Shown piece by piece: positions 20,085 through 30,254 of a stretch of 64,000 nt of DNA. The stretch is from Candidatus Binatia bacterium (GTDB taxonomy: Bacteria > Desulfobacterota > Binatia > UBA1149), in the NCBI GenBank assembly GCA_046754245.1, contig JBHHVL010000008.1, positions 2,411-66,410 of the forward strand, given 5' to 3'. Numbering within the stretch: the first letter of the stretch is position 1; every line of letters starts with the position of its first letter. A program made the translations under genes and the position numbers. The notes beneath the pieces are model-generated. The model did not search any database. It was given only the letters and a program-made list of their open reading frames with translations, and was not told the DNA's origin.

Positions 20085-21195
20085 GCGCATACGGGTTCGA
20101 GCATCGGACAAGCCGGATCCTTGGCTTCTCGGGCTCACCTTTGTTCTCGTCGTCGCTGGCCTGCTGTTCGTACTCGACACCACTTACTTTTTCTCGAGGC
20201 AGACCTACGGCGACAGCTACAGGATGTTCATCAAGCACTCGGTATCGGTGGTACTCGGGCTGGTGCTGATGCTCGGCCTTTCTCGCTGTCGTTCCGACAT
20301 TCTCGAGCGCGCGGCTCCCTGGCTCATGGGAGTGGCGACCCTGCTTCTGCTCTTGCCGCTCGTACCGGGAGTTGGAACGTGCACCCACGGCGCGTGCCGC
20401 TGGATATCGTTGGGGCCGGTAAACGTCCAGCCGGGCGAACTGCTCAAGTGGGCCTTCGTCGTTTTCATCGCGGCGCTGCTTACCGCGCGTTCCGACCAAC
20501 TAAGTGACTGGCGATTTGGGCTATTCCCGGTGCTCGGGATAATGGCGGTTCTGGGAGCGGTACTGATGAAGCAACCGGATTTCGGTACCACGGTGCTCAT
20601 CGGCGCTCTCGGGTTGGGGCTGATGCTTCTGGCGGGTGTACCGCTGTACCAGGTCGGCGCTCTGGGCGTTCTGGGAGCAGCGGCGGCCGGGATAATGGTG
20701 TACCTCGAGCCTTACAGGGTTAAGCGGGTGATTTCCTTTCTGAACCCGGATCTCGATCCGCTGGGTAGCAACTGGCAACTCAAGAAGTCACTTCTTACCT
20801 TCGGATCGGGTGAGTGGTTTGGCGTCGGGATCGGGAGTTCCCGGCTCAAAACGGGGTATTTACCGGAGGCCCACACCGACTTTATTTTCTCTGTTGTCGG
20901 CGAGGAAACCGGCGTCCTCGGAGCTGGGCTCATACTGCTGTGCTTCTCCCTGTTGGCCTACAGAGGTTTTCGCATCGCCCACCGACACCCGGACATGTTT
21001 GGGCAGATGTTGGCCGCGGGCTTTACCATGGCGATCACGCTACAGGCTTTCATCAATATGGGAGTCGTTCTGGGGTTGCTTCCGACCAAAGGCATGGCGC
21101 TACCTTTCATCAGCTATGGAGGCTCGTCGATGTTGGTGAGCCTTGCCAGCGTCGGTGTGCTCATGTCTCTGTCGCGCGAGCTGCGAGAGCGGTGA
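20068..21195 (+). CDS. ftsW: peptidoglycan glycosyltransferase FtsW (SEDS family)
   Basis: 10-TM FtsW/RodA/SpoVE profile. Position murD-ftsW-murG. Confidence 0.85.
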   Translation: MARKRKRIRVRASDKPDPWLLGLTFVLVVAGLLFVLDTTYFFSRQTYGDSYRMFIKHSVSVVLGLVLMLGLSRCRSDILERAAPWLMGVATLLLLLPLVPGVGTCTHGACRWISLGPVNVQPGELLKWAFVVFIAALLTARSDQLSDWRFGLFPVLGIMAVLGAVLMKQPDFGTTVLIGALGLGLMLLAGVPLYQVGALGVLGAAAAGIMVYLEPYRVKRVISFLNPDLDPLGSNWQLKKSLLTFGSGEWFGVGIGSSRLKTGYLPEAHTDFIFSVVGEETGVLGAGLILLCFSLLAYRGFRIAHRHPDMFGQMLAAGFTMAITLQAFINMGVVLGLLPTKGMALPFISYGGSSMLVSLASVGVLMSLSRELRER

Positions 21196-22259
21196 GGTTG
21201 GCCTTTGCCGGTGGGGGTACGGGCGGGCACCTGTTTCCCGGACTGGCGGTCGCGCAGTGCGCCCGAGAACGAGGCCTCGCTGAATCGATAGTCTTCTTCG
21301 GTGCTGAGCGTGGCATCGAATCGCGACTGGTGGTCCCCGCCGGTTTCGAGCTTGTTACCCAGCCTCTTGAAGCGGTGAGCGGACGCAGTGCTCTCGCCGC
21401 TCTCAAGGCGGTCGGCCGGCTATTGGGCGCGGCGGCGGCGGCGCGCAAGGAACTCGTACAACGGCGCTGCGAGGTGGTGATCGGGCTCGGCGGTTACGCT
21501 TCGGCTTCAGCGGTGCTAGCCGCCCGTACAGCCGGAATCCCGGCGGTATTGCTGGAACAGAACAGCGCGCCGGGATTGGCGAACCGAGCGTTGTCGCGAC
21601 TCGCGGCCGCCGTTTGCACGAGCTTTGAACAGAGCGTCGTTTCCTTCCCCCGCGGACGGGTTCGCTTCACCGGCAACCCGCTCAGGCCCGGTCTGGAAGA
21701 ACTCGCCGAGAGGGGCGCGCGAGACACCTTGCTGGTGTTCGGGGGCAGCGCGGGAGCGGTCAGCATCAATCGAGCAGTGGTCAATGCGCTGGCCGCCCTG
21801 CGGACTGAAGCGGCTTTGCCGCCCGTCCTCCACCAAACGGGCGACCGCGGCCTCGACGACACGCGCAGGGCATATCGCGAAGCGGGGATAGAAGCCGAGG
21901 TCGTTCCTTTCATCGACGACATGGTCTCTGCTTACGCGCGGGCCCGTTTGGTCGTGTGCCGCGCGGGAGCGACGACGGTGGCCGAGCTTCTGGCCGTGGG
22001 ACGTCCCTCCGTACTCGTTCCCTACCCCCACGCCGCCGGGGACCACCAGACGCGCAACGCCCGTTCTCTCGAGAGTCTCGGAGCCGCGGTGGTAATCGCC
22101 GACGACGATCGCAGCGCCGAGGGCCTGCGGGCCGAGCTTGGACGCTTGCTCGGTGACCGTGAAACGCTAGACTCCATGGCCACCAAGGCAGCCGCCGCCC
22201 ACCGGCCCGGCGCAGCGGCCCGAGTGCTGGAAATCCTGGAGGAGGTGGTCGGGCCCTAA
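21192..22259 (+). CDS. murG: undecaprenyldiphospho-muramoylpentapeptide beta-N-acetylglucosaminyltransferase MurG
   Basis: VRLAFAGGGTGGHLFPGLAVA N-terminus. GTG start overlaps the ftsW stop (GTGA). The ORF track starts 126 codons upstream inside ftsW in another frame. Confidence 0.9.
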   Translation: MRLAFAGGGTGGHLFPGLAVAQCARERGLAESIVFFGAERGIESRLVVPAGFELVTQPLEAVSGRSALAALKAVGRLLGAAAAARKELVQRRCEVVIGLGGYASASAVLAARTAGIPAVLLEQNSAPGLANRALSRLAAAVCTSFEQSVVSFPRGRVRFTGNPLRPGLEELAERGARDTLLVFGGSAGAVSINRAVVNALAALRTEAALPPVLHQTGDRGLDDTRRAYREAGIEAEVVPFIDDMVSAYARARLVVCRAGATTVAELLAVGRPSVLVPYPHAAGDHQTRNARSLESLGAAVVIADDDRSAEGLRAELGRLLGDRETLDSMATKAAAAHRPGAAARVLEILEEVVGP

Positions 22260-22261
22260 GA

Positions 22262-23710
22262 ATGTCAACCGTAGAGCGTTCCCGAAACGGACCAGCGTGG
22301 TCCGACATCGCACTTCCTTCGATCGTGGGGTCCCCGGGCGCCGCTTCCGGTCAGGTGCATCTCGTCGGCGTGGGTGGCATAGGGATGAGCGGTATCGCGG
22401 AGGTCTTGATAACGCTTGGCTATAGGGTGAGCGGCTCCGATCTTCGCGAAAGCGAAATAACACACCGCCTCGAAGAACTCGGGGTGTCGATACGTTACGG
22501 GCACGACGCCTCCGCGATGACAGCAGAGGTGGACGTCGTCGTGATATCCTCGGCCGTCGACGACGGCAACCCGGAGGTGAGAGAGGCGAGAAGGCTCCGC
22601 GTTCCGGTGATCGCGCGCGCCGAAATGCTGGCGGAGCTCATGCGGCTGAAGTGCGGCGTGGCGATCGCGGGCGCCCACGGAAAGACGACCACCACTTCTC
22701 TGGTCGCCGGCGTGCTACACGAAGGTGGCTTCGATCCGACCGTGGTCATCGGAGGACGGCTCAAAGCCTTGGGAGGGAGCAACGCACGCTTGGGTACTTC
22801 TCGCTACATGGTAGCCGAGGCAGACGAAAGTGACGGAAGCTTCCTGATGCTCAAACCGGTGCTCGCGGTGGTTACCAATATAGACCGGGAACACATGAAT
22901 CACTACGGCACCATGGAACGCTTGGCCGACGCTTACCTGATGTTCATCAACAGCGTACCGTTTTTCGGCCGCGCGGTGTTGTGCCTTGATTCGGACGAGA
23001 TACGCGGCCTCTTGCCGCGTGTGAAGAAGCGATACACTAGTTACGGGTTGGCCGAAGACGCTGACCTTCGAGCGGTGGATATCCGCACGGAAGGACTCGC
23101 CAGCTCTTTTGAAGTGGTCCACCGGGGTGTGGCCCTGGGCAGGGTGTCTCTCTCCATGCCGGGCGTGCACGCGGTACTGAACGCCCTGGCGGCGGTGGCC
23201 GTAGCCAACGAGTTCGGCATGCGTTTCGTCGACTGTGCTCGCGGGCTGGGGGCCTGCGAGGGAATCATGAGACGCTTCGAAATCAAGGGCGAGGCAGGTG
23301 GTGTGACGGTGGTGGACGACTACGCCCACCACCCTACCGAGATACGGGCGACCCTGGCGGCTGCCAGGGCAGGCTTTGACCAGCGGATAGTCGCGGTCTT
23401 CCAGCCTCATCGTTACAGCCGCGTCGCCGACCTGTTCGGCGATTTCGCGGCGGCCTTCGATGACGCCGACGAGGTCGTACTCACGGACGTCTACGGCGCA
23501 GGAGAAGAGGCCCTGGACGGAATCGACTCGGCACGGCTGGCGGAAGCGGTCGCCCGGCTGCACCGGGGTAAGGTCCACTACTTTTCTTCGAATCTGGACG
23601 TCGCGGGCGCCGTCGCGGGCCTCACCAGGGCGGGCGACATGCTCCTTACCATGGGCGCGGGCGATATAACCCGCCTTGGTCCCGAAATTCTTGCTCGACT
23701 CGCTTCCTGA
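22262..23710 (+). CDS. murC: UDP-N-acetylmuramate--L-alanine ligase MurC
   Basis: VHLVGVGGIGMSGIAEVL and GAHGKTTTTSLVA motifs. Confidence 0.9.
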   Translation: MSTVERSRNGPAWSDIALPSIVGSPGAASGQVHLVGVGGIGMSGIAEVLITLGYRVSGSDLRESEITHRLEELGVSIRYGHDASAMTAEVDVVVISSAVDDGNPEVREARRLRVPVIARAEMLAELMRLKCGVAIAGAHGKTTTTSLVAGVLHEGGFDPTVVIGGRLKALGGSNARLGTSRYMVAEADESDGSFLMLKPVLAVVTNIDREHMNHYGTMERLADAYLMFINSVPFFGRAVLCLDSDEIRGLLPRVKKRYTSYGLAEDADLRAVDIRTEGLASSFEVVHRGVALGRVSLSMPGVHAVLNALAAVAVANEFGMRFVDCARGLGACEGIMRRFEIKGEAGGVTVVDDYAHHPTEIRATLAAARAGFDQRIVAVFQPHRYSRVADLFGDFAAAFDDADEVVLTDVYGAGEEALDGIDSARLAEAVARLHRGKVHYFSSNLDVAGAVAGLTRAGDMLLTMGAGDITRLGPEILARLAS

Positions 23711-24641
23711 AGACTACGCCCAGCTCTACAGAAGCCTGGAGCCGATCGCCGGAGAGGGCCTTCGTTTGTGCGAAGGCCTGGGCGGTCTTACGTCTTTTCG
23801 CATAGGCGGGCCTGCTGACCTCTTCTTGGACCCCGGGAGTTTCGACATCGCCAGAGCGGCTTTGTCTCTCGCGCACGACTTGGGCGTACCCGTGACGGTT
23901 ATCGGGGGAGGCAGCAACTTGCTCGTATCCGATCGAGGGGTGCGAGGTCTGGTAATGCGCCTGGGCCGGGCCTTCGACTACATTCGCTGGCGAGGGCTGG
24001 GCGATGAACGCGCCGTGGCAGAAGTGGGGGCGGCTACCCGCATGGCACGACTCGTCCATGATTCGGTTGCAAAAGGCTACAAAGGACTGGAATTCGCAGC
24101 GGGGATTCCGGGAATGGTGGGCGGGGCGACGCTGATGAACGCCGGAGCCTTTGGCGGCGAGATCGGTTCGGCGGTTACCGAGCTTCAAGCGCTCAGCATC
24201 GAAGGCGCTGTGGTCAATCTCTCTGCCCCGGAACTGGATTTTTCGTACCGCAAACTGGCGCTCGACGGCGTTGCCGTGGTAACCTCGATTAGATTCGGTC
24301 TGCTGCGTGCGTCGGTCGGGCGGCTGAGAGAGGTGGTGGAGACGGTTCAGAGGAAGCGCAAGCGCAGGCAGCCGGTGGGTCTGCCCAACGCTGGCTCGGT
24401 GTTCAAGAACCCCCCCAACGGATTCGCCGGGCAGTTCATCGAAAACGCCGGCGTCAAGGGAAAGGTAGTCGGGGCCGCACAGGTCTCACCTGAACACGCA
24501 AATTTTATCGTCAATCTGGGGGGCGCTACTGCGGAAAACGTCCGAACCCTGATGGGACTCGTGCAGGAAGAGGTGTGGAAGAAGTGTGGAGTCTGGCTCG
24601 AGCCAGAGCTACGGCTCATCGGGGACTGGGGTGAAACCTAG
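23676..24641 (+). CDS. murB: UDP-N-acetylenolpyruvoylglucosamine reductase MurB
   Basis: FAD-binding RIGGPADLF...IGGGSNLLVSD. C-terminal VWLEPE. TTG start overlaps the murC end by 35 nt, so the start is uncertain. Confidence 0.85.
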   Translation: MVPKFLLDSLPEDYAQLYRSLEPIAGEGLRLCEGLGGLTSFRIGGPADLFLDPGSFDIARAALSLAHDLGVPVTVIGGGSNLLVSDRGVRGLVMRLGRAFDYIRWRGLGDERAVAEVGAATRMARLVHDSVAKGYKGLEFAAGIPGMVGGATLMNAGAFGGEIGSAVTELQALSIEGAVVNLSAPELDFSYRKLALDGVAVVTSIRFGLLRASVGRLREVVETVQRKRKRRQPVGLPNAGSVFKNPPNGFAGQFIENAGVKGKVVGAAQVSPEHANFIVNLGGATAENVRTLMGLVQEEVWKKCGVWLEPELRLIGDWGET

Positions 24642-25476
24642 GAAACGACTCGGCGGCGCTTCCTCCAGGTCACGGCGGTCCATGGTGGTTCTTGGACTCG
24701 CCGCCGCTCTCCTCTGTGTCGGGTTGTTTCTTGGCCTCGGCGCGGTGGCCGGCCTGGTCGCCGACCACCCTTATTTCCTGCTCAGGTCCGTAAGGGTCAA
24801 CTGCGACAGCGCGGCTGTCGAACCCGGGGATCTGGCGGTGCGCGCCGGGCTATTCGAAGGGACCAGCCTGTGGCGAATCGACACTGAAGAGATCAGCCGG
24901 GCGCTGGAGAGGGCGTCCTGGGTTCGCATGGCGAGCGTGAAGCGCGTCTTTCCGTCCGAGGTACGTCTCAAAGTGCTCAGGCGGCGCGCAATCGCGGCGA
25001 CCTTGTTCGAGGACGGTCCCTGGCTGATCGACGAGGGTGGCGTGGTTTTCAGGGAAGAGGGGCGATACCACTACCCCGACCTGCCCTGGTTGTCGGGTTG
25101 GGAGGCGGCGCCGTCACGGGGGGCCAGGGTAAACCGCCTTCGTCAATCCGTTGCGCTGCTCCGCGAGGCCCGCGCGAAGGGCGTTTCGGTTTCCCAGATC
25201 GACGTCACCGAGGGCGGGGAAACGTGGGTTTTCCCCGACGACGCGGTTCTCGCGGTCAACCTCGGTGTTGGTCCCGATCCCCACGACTCCGTTGGCAGGC
25301 TCGTGGCCATTTTCGAGGATCTCGCCGGCGGGCTTGGCGAGGTGCGCGAGATAGACCTCTCGTCGCCGGGTATGGCCGTGGTCAAGGCCTCCAAGGGGAG
25401 GCTCAAACGCCTCATGTCTCTGGCAGCAAGGCCGGCTGGCCCGGGGGCTTCCGGAGGAAGGGAAGGGCGTGGCTAA
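24631..25476 (+). CDS. ftsQ: cell division protein FtsQ/DivIB (POTRA domain)
   Basis: Single TM (VVLGLAAALLCVGLFLGLGAVAGLV) then POTRA-like domain. Between murB and ftsA. I prefer GTG 24631 over the ORF-track ATG 24586 (which lies deep inside murB). ATG 24682 is also possible. Confidence 0.7.
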   Translation: MKPRKRLGGASSRSRRSMVVLGLAAALLCVGLFLGLGAVAGLVADHPYFLLRSVRVNCDSAAVEPGDLAVRAGLFEGTSLWRIDTEEISRALERASWVRMASVKRVFPSEVRLKVLRRRAIAATLFEDGPWLIDEGGVVFREEGRYHYPDLPWLSGWEAAPSRGARVNRLRQSVALLREARAKGVSVSQIDVTEGGETWVFPDDAVLAVNLGVGPDPHDSVGRLVAIFEDLAGGLGEVREIDLSSPGMAVVKASKGRLKRLMSLAARPAGPGASGGREGRG

Positions 25477-26680
25477 GAGCAGGCCCATACTGGCCGGCCT
25501 CGATATCGGAACCCAAAGGGTCGCCGTGGTGGTCGCGGAGCGGACACCTCACGGTTTGGAGGTCCTGGGCGTGGGGACGGCGCTTTCTCGTGGCATGAAA
25601 GCCGGCCGCGTGGTCGACGTGGAAAAGACCACCGACGCCATCGGCATCGCGGTAGGCGAGGCAGAGATGATGGCGGGTACCGAGGTGAAGAGCGCGATCG
25701 TTTCGCTTTCCGGCGATCACCTGCAGGGCACCAACAGCCATGGCGTGGCGGCCGTTGACAACGGGGAGGTTTCAGCTCGTGCCGCACATCGCGTGATCGA
25801 CGCGGCTAGAGCGGTTCCTCTGCCGCCGGATCAAGAGATCCAGCAGATCATATGTCGTGATTTCATCGTCGATGGACAGTCTGGAATCGCCGATCCCGTG
25901 GGCATGAACGGCGTACGCCTGGAGGTCAACCTCCATCTGGTCAGTGGCGCCGAAACGGCGGTGGCCAACATCTACAGCTGTTGCAACCGCGCGGGACTGA
26001 GCGTCGAGGACGTAATGGCGTCATCGCTTTCGGCGGGAGAAGCGACCCTGCAACGAGACGAGACGGATCTGGGGGTGGCGCTGATCGACCTGGGGGCCGG
26101 TACCGCGGACATGGCGATATACCAGCAGGGTTCGGTCGCCCACACCGAAGTGACAACGGTGGCGGGGGACCATATCACCAGCGATCTGTCCCGCTGTCTC
26201 GAGACCTCGGTCAGGGAAGCCGAGGCGGCCAAGAAACGTTACGGTCGGGCCTACTCCGGTCTGGTTGACCGCAGTAGCGAAGTCGAAATAGCCGGGGTCG
26301 GGGGAAGGCCTCCCCGCATAATCAGCCAGGGGCTCATAGCCGACATCATCGAGTCTCGACTGGAGGAGATTTTCGAGAATCAGCTGAAAATCATCGAAGC
26401 TTCGGGCCACGGTGACAAGCTCACTTCGGGTGTGGTTCTGACCGGTGGCTGCTCGATGATGCCCGGTATCGTCGACGTCGCGTCGCGCGTCTTGGGCATG
26501 CCCGTACGGGTCGGTGAGCCGGTGGGGATCGCCGGGCTGACGGAAGAGGTGGACGACCCGTCGTGGGCCACGGTGATTGGGCTGGTGCGCGGAATGCCCA
26601 TCAACGAACTCGTCGATGGGGTAGGGCCCACGCGGTTGTTGCCAAAATGGCTGCAGAGAAAATGGAACGAGTTGTTTTAG
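25469..26680 (+). CDS. ftsA: cell division protein FtsA
   Basis: Actin-like ATPase: ILAGLDIGTQRVAVVVAE...DLGAGTADMAIY. GTG start overlaps the ftsQ stop. Confidence 0.9.
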   Translation: MAKSRPILAGLDIGTQRVAVVVAERTPHGLEVLGVGTALSRGMKAGRVVDVEKTTDAIGIAVGEAEMMAGTEVKSAIVSLSGDHLQGTNSHGVAAVDNGEVSARAAHRVIDAARAVPLPPDQEIQQIICRDFIVDGQSGIADPVGMNGVRLEVNLHLVSGAETAVANIYSCCNRAGLSVEDVMASSLSAGEATLQRDETDLGVALIDLGAGTADMAIYQQGSVAHTEVTTVAGDHITSDLSRCLETSVREAEAAKKRYGRAYSGLVDRSSEVEIAGVGGRPPRIISQGLIADIIESRLEEIFENQLKIIEASGHGDKLTSGVVLTGGCSMMPGIVDVASRVLGMPVRVGEPVGIAGLTEEVDDPSWATVIGLVRGMPINELVDGVGPTRLLPKWLQRKWNELF

Positions 26681-26817
26681 TGGTCGACTGTGTCGCGCTT
26701 TGGCACACCAGGGTGTATTCTGGGGTTTTGGTGCACGACGGCTCCCTTAATCCTGTGGGGGGGAAGGGCCGCGCTGTGCGCAACAGCGACGGCTGCCGTA
26801 CTTGAGGAGGATTGTGG

Positions 26818-28068
26818 ATGATTGAGTTGGTTGGCGGAGACGAAACTAGCGCGAAGATCGTCGTAGTTGGTGTGGGCGGCGGCGGCGGAAACGCGGTCAA
26901 CACGATGATCGGTGCGCAGCTCAGCGGCATCCATTTCATAGTTTCCAATACCGACGTGCAGGCCTTGGGTACCAGCAGTGCGCCGGTCAAGATCCAGATA
27001 GGTTCGGAGTTGACCAAGGGGCTTGGCGCCGGGGCCGATCCGGAAATCGGGCGCAAGGCGGCCCTGGAACAAGAGGATCTGCTGCGCGAAGAGATGACCG
27101 GCGCGGACATGATCTTCGTGACCGCCGGAATGGGTGGCGGCACAGGCACCGGCGCCGCGCCCGTGATCGCACGTGTCGCGCGCGATCTGGGAGCGCTGAC
27201 CGTTGGAGTCGTGACCAAGCCCTTCGGTTTCGAGGGCCGCAGACGGCAGCGTCAAGCGGAAGAAGGCGTGCGCGAGATGCGCGCGGCGGTCGACACCCTG
27301 ATCGTGATACCGAACCAGAGGTTGGTTGAAATATCCGGGCGGGCTACCACGGCGCTCGACGCTTTTGCGGCCGCTGATGACGTTCTCTACCAGGCGGTGC
27401 GCGGTATCGCGCAGATCATTACCGAAGCCGGTCTGATCAACGTGGACTTTGCAGACGTGCGTACGATCATGTCGGAAATGGGAATGGCCATGATGGGCGC
27501 TGGCGTCGGCCGAGGCGATACCCGCGCCCTGGACGCCGCGACCGCGGCGGTTTCCAGCCCCTTGCTTGAAGACCTGTCGATCAACGGGGCGAGCGGGGTA
27601 CTGGTCAACATTACGGCGAGCGACGATTTCGGGATGCAGGAGATGAACGAAGCCGTCGATTTCATACAGGAGCAGGTTCACGAGGACGCGAATATTATCG
27701 TTGGTCTCGTACACGACGAATCCATCAAGGACGAAGTTCGTATCACCGTCATCGCGACAGGGTTTGGCGACTCGCTGCCGGAGAACTCCCGCCAGTCGCG
27801 GGCGGCGGCTTCGACGCCGAGCCTCGCTTCCGCAGAGTCAGGCCAGGATGATCGGTCTGGACCACGTCCACCCATCGATCCACAGCTGATGGAAGCCGCG
27901 GAAACCGAACCCAGCCCCACCATCGACGCGAACGCGGAACTCGCGAGTACCGAGCGTCACGAAGACTTCTCGTTTGAAGAGGGCGAGGCGAAGCAGGAGC
28001 AGAAGTCCATAGACTTCCCGGCGTACCTGCGGCGCTGGAAGGAACGCGGGCAGAGGGTAAACCGCTAG
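26818..28068 (+). CDS. ftsZ: cell division GTPase FtsZ
   Basis: Tubulin signature [14 protein letters not shown]7 loop NVDFADV. ATG 26818 has a GAGGAGGA RBS 7 nt upstream (the ORF track's TTG 26812 is 2 codons earlier). Disordered C-terminal linker plus conserved C-terminal peptide. Confidence 0.95.
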   Translation: MIELVGGDETSAKIVVVGVGGGGGNAVNTMIGAQLSGIHFIVSNTDVQALGTSSAPVKIQIGSELTKGLGAGADPEIGRKAALEQEDLLREEMTGADMIFVTAGMGGGTGTGAAPVIARVARDLGALTVGVVTKPFGFEGRRRQRQAEEGVREMRAAVDTLIVIPNQRLVEISGRATTALDAFAAADDVLYQAVRGIAQIITEAGLINVDFADVRTIMSEMGMAMMGAGVGRGDTRALDAATAAVSSPLLEDLSINGASGVLVNITASDDFGMQEMNEAVDFIQEQVHEDANIIVGLVHDESIKDEVRITVIATGFGDSLPENSRQSRAAASTPSLASAESGQDDRSGPRPPIDPQLMEAAETEPSPTIDANAELASTERHEDFSFEEGEAKQEQKSIDFPAYLRRWKERGQRVNR

Positions 28069-28100
28069 AGCCAGGCTCGACCCGCGGGACCCCGGGCGCT

Positions 28101-29846
28101 TTGAGTTACGGTCGGCCGGCGATAGTATCGGCGGCCAAGTTGCTCGGCGCCGATGAAACACTGCTCTTCCGACCGAACTCCACGGGCGCGGTTTCGGTTT
28201 GTCTAGCCTACCCGAACCGCTACGAGGTCGGGATGGCCAACCTCGGTTTTCAGGCGGTGTTCAGGATACTCGCGACCACGCCGGGGGTCGTGTGTGAACG
28301 AGCGTTCCTGAGCCCGGGCCGTGGCAAGTCGAAGAGCCTGGAGTCCGGACGACCCCTTGGAAACTTCGATATCGTGGCTTTCTCGCTGTCTTTCGAGAGC
28401 GACTACCCCAACGTCGTCCGCTTGCTCGACGCTGCAGGCATACCGGCACGCAGCGGCGACCGCCACGACAGTCGGCGGGATTGGCCGCTTCTTCTCGCAG
28501 GTGGTCCTGCCTGCTTTCTGAACCCCGAGCCGGTCGCCGCCTTCTTCGACGTCTTCCTCATAGGCGAGGCCGAGGAGGTCTTGCCCGAAGCCTTCGGGAG
28601 GGCTTACTGCTGGCGTAGCAAGAGCCGTGAGTCGATTCTCGAGGACTTGGGCTCGGTGGTAGGCGCTTACCGTACCGACCGCTACATCCCGACTTACGGC
28701 GGCGACGGTGTGCTCGAAGGACTGGACGTGCTCTCGCCGGCACCGTCCAGGGTCAAGCGGCGTTACATAACGAATCTGGACGCCTTTCCCGTGACGACCA
28801 GCGTCGTCGCGCCGGGATCGGTGTTTGGGGACAAGTACCTCGTCGAAGCGAGCAGGGGATGTGAGTGGGGATGTCGTTTCTGCGCCGCGGGTTTCATGTA
28901 TCGCCCGGTGCGCCACCGCAGCAGCGCGGGCGTGGCGGAGGACGCCCTTCGAGGGCTGGAACTCTCGAGGGAAATCGGCTTGGTTGGCGCCGAACTCGCG
29001 AGTCACCCAGGGTTGGCCACTACCTGTGAGCGGGTCGCGGATGGAGGAGGCCGTGTGTCTCCGTCTTCCCTCAAAGCCGACGTCATTTCGCCGCGACTGG
29101 CCCGAGCCCTCGGTCGCAGCGGCACTCGCTCGGTTACCATCGCTCCGGAAGCGGGGTCGGAGCGCCTCCGCAGGGTTATCAACAAGAACCTGAGCGAGGG
29201 AGAGATTCTCAGGGCTGCCGACCTCATGTCCGTAGATGGCGTGGATTCGCTGAAGCTCTATTTCATGTGTGCCCTGCCTTCCGAGACCGACGGCGACCTG
29301 GCAGGCATCGCCGACCTTACGAAGAAACTGCACGACAGGATGGAGCGCCACGGTCGAAAACGTGGTCGTGTGGGCAAGATCAAACTGTCGGTGAGTCCCT
29401 TCGTGCCGAAACCCTGGACGCCCTTCCAGTGGGAGGCGATGCTTCCCGTTGCGGAGACGCGCAGGCGGATCGCCTCGCTCAAGCGTTCCATGGGTCCTAT
29501 CCCCAACGTCGACGTCGAATGCGATTCGCCACGCGAAGCGTATCTTCAGACCCTGCTCTCCAGGGGAGACAGGAGGGTCGCGGAGGTGGTCGAGGCCCTG
29601 GCCAGAGGCCCGCGCGGCTGGTGGCAACAGATCGGTGCCATGCGCCGCGGCGAGCACGGAAACGTCAGCGTCAATCCGGACCTCTTCGTCGACGTCTCCT
29701 ACGATTACGACCGGCTGCTTCCCTGGGATTTCCTGGATCACGGGATAGAAAAAAAATACCTCTGGCTAGAACGCCAGCGGGCTCTGGCTGGACGGGAAAC
29801 CGAACCTTGCGACGTGGCGACCTGTGTAAGTTGCGGGGCCTGCTGA
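28101..29846 (+). CDS. radical SAM protein with N-terminal B12-binding-like domain (TIGR03960-like, function unknown)
   Basis: CxxxCxxC cluster GCEWGCRFCAAG. ~580 aa. N-terminal Rossmann-like region (DIVAFSLSFESDY...FLIGEAE) typical of B12-binding/radical SAM fusions. Confidence 0.65.
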   Translation: MSYGRPAIVSAAKLLGADETLLFRPNSTGAVSVCLAYPNRYEVGMANLGFQAVFRILATTPGVVCERAFLSPGRGKSKSLESGRPLGNFDIVAFSLSFESDYPNVVRLLDAAGIPARSGDRHDSRRDWPLLLAGGPACFLNPEPVAAFFDVFLIGEAEEVLPEAFGRAYCWRSKSRESILEDLGSVVGAYRTDRYIPTYGGDGVLEGLDVLSPAPSRVKRRYITNLDAFPVTTSVVAPGSVFGDKYLVEASRGCEWGCRFCAAGFMYRPVRHRSSAGVAEDALRGLELSREIGLVGAELASHPGLATTCERVADGGGRVSPSSLKADVISPRLARALGRSGTRSVTIAPEAGSERLRRVINKNLSEGEILRAADLMSVDGVDSLKLYFMCALPSETDGDLAGIADLTKKLHDRMERHGRKRGRVGKIKLSVSPFVPKPWTPFQWEAMLPVAETRRRIASLKRSMGPIPNVDVECDSPREAYLQTLLSRGDRRVAEVVEALARGPRGWWQQIGAMRRGEHGNVSVNPDLFVDVSYDYDRLLPWDFLDHGIEKKYLWLERQRALAGRETEPCDVATCVSCGAC

Positions 29847-30235
29847 TGGGCGTACTGGGCGTGGGGGTGGATCTCGTAGACGTGACGCGCGTGGCCGCGG
29901 TGCTTGGCCAGGGTGCGCGGGGCGAGCGTTTCAGACGGCGCGTGTTCACGGCATCCGAACGACGGGACTGCGAGGGCAAGTCCAATCCCGCTGCGAGCTA
30001 TTCGGTACGATTTGCCGCCAAGGAGGCCGTTCTCAAGGCGCTCCACGCCGAGGTCGCTTGGGGCTTTCCCTGGCCCGACATAGAGGTGCTGCGTGGAGAG
30101 ACGGGGGCTCCGTCAGTTCGCCTGTACGGCCGCACGGCCGAGAAGGCCGAACGCCTGGGCGTGGACGTGATTCACGTCTCGCTGTCACACCTCGACGTCC
30201 TGGCTATCGCTCAGGTCGTCGTGGAGAAGGGCTGA
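29846..30235 (+). CDS. acpS: holo-[acyl-carrier-protein] synthase AcpS
   Basis: MGVLGVGVDLVDVTRV...FTASERRDCEGK...FAAKEAVLKAL. ATG overlaps the upstream TGA (TGATG). The ORF track extends 193 codons upstream in a frame overlapping the radical SAM gene, which I rejected. Confidence 0.8.
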   Translation: MGVLGVGVDLVDVTRVAAVLGQGARGERFRRRVFTASERRDCEGKSNPAASYSVRFAAKEAVLKALHAEVAWGFPWPDIEVLRGETGAPSVRLYGRTAEKAERLGVDVIHVSLSHLDVLAIAQVVVEKG

Positions 30236-30254
30236 GGATCGCTCCTGGGCCGGG

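Noticed and set aside
20814-21191. Upstream parts of ORFs 20814..22259 (murG), 50866..51678 (lolA), 17522..18691 (mraY), 18654..20084 (murD), 33338..34630
   Set aside because: Each extends into the upstream gene in a different frame. The conserved N-termini and overlapping start/stop codons (ATGA/GTGA) indicate the shorter coordinates given in the features.
29267-29845. Upstream 193 codons of ORF 29267..30235 (would make a 322-aa AcpS)
   Set aside because: Overlaps the radical SAM gene in another frame with an Arg-rich junk translation. AcpS homology starts at ATG 29846 (TGATG coupling).
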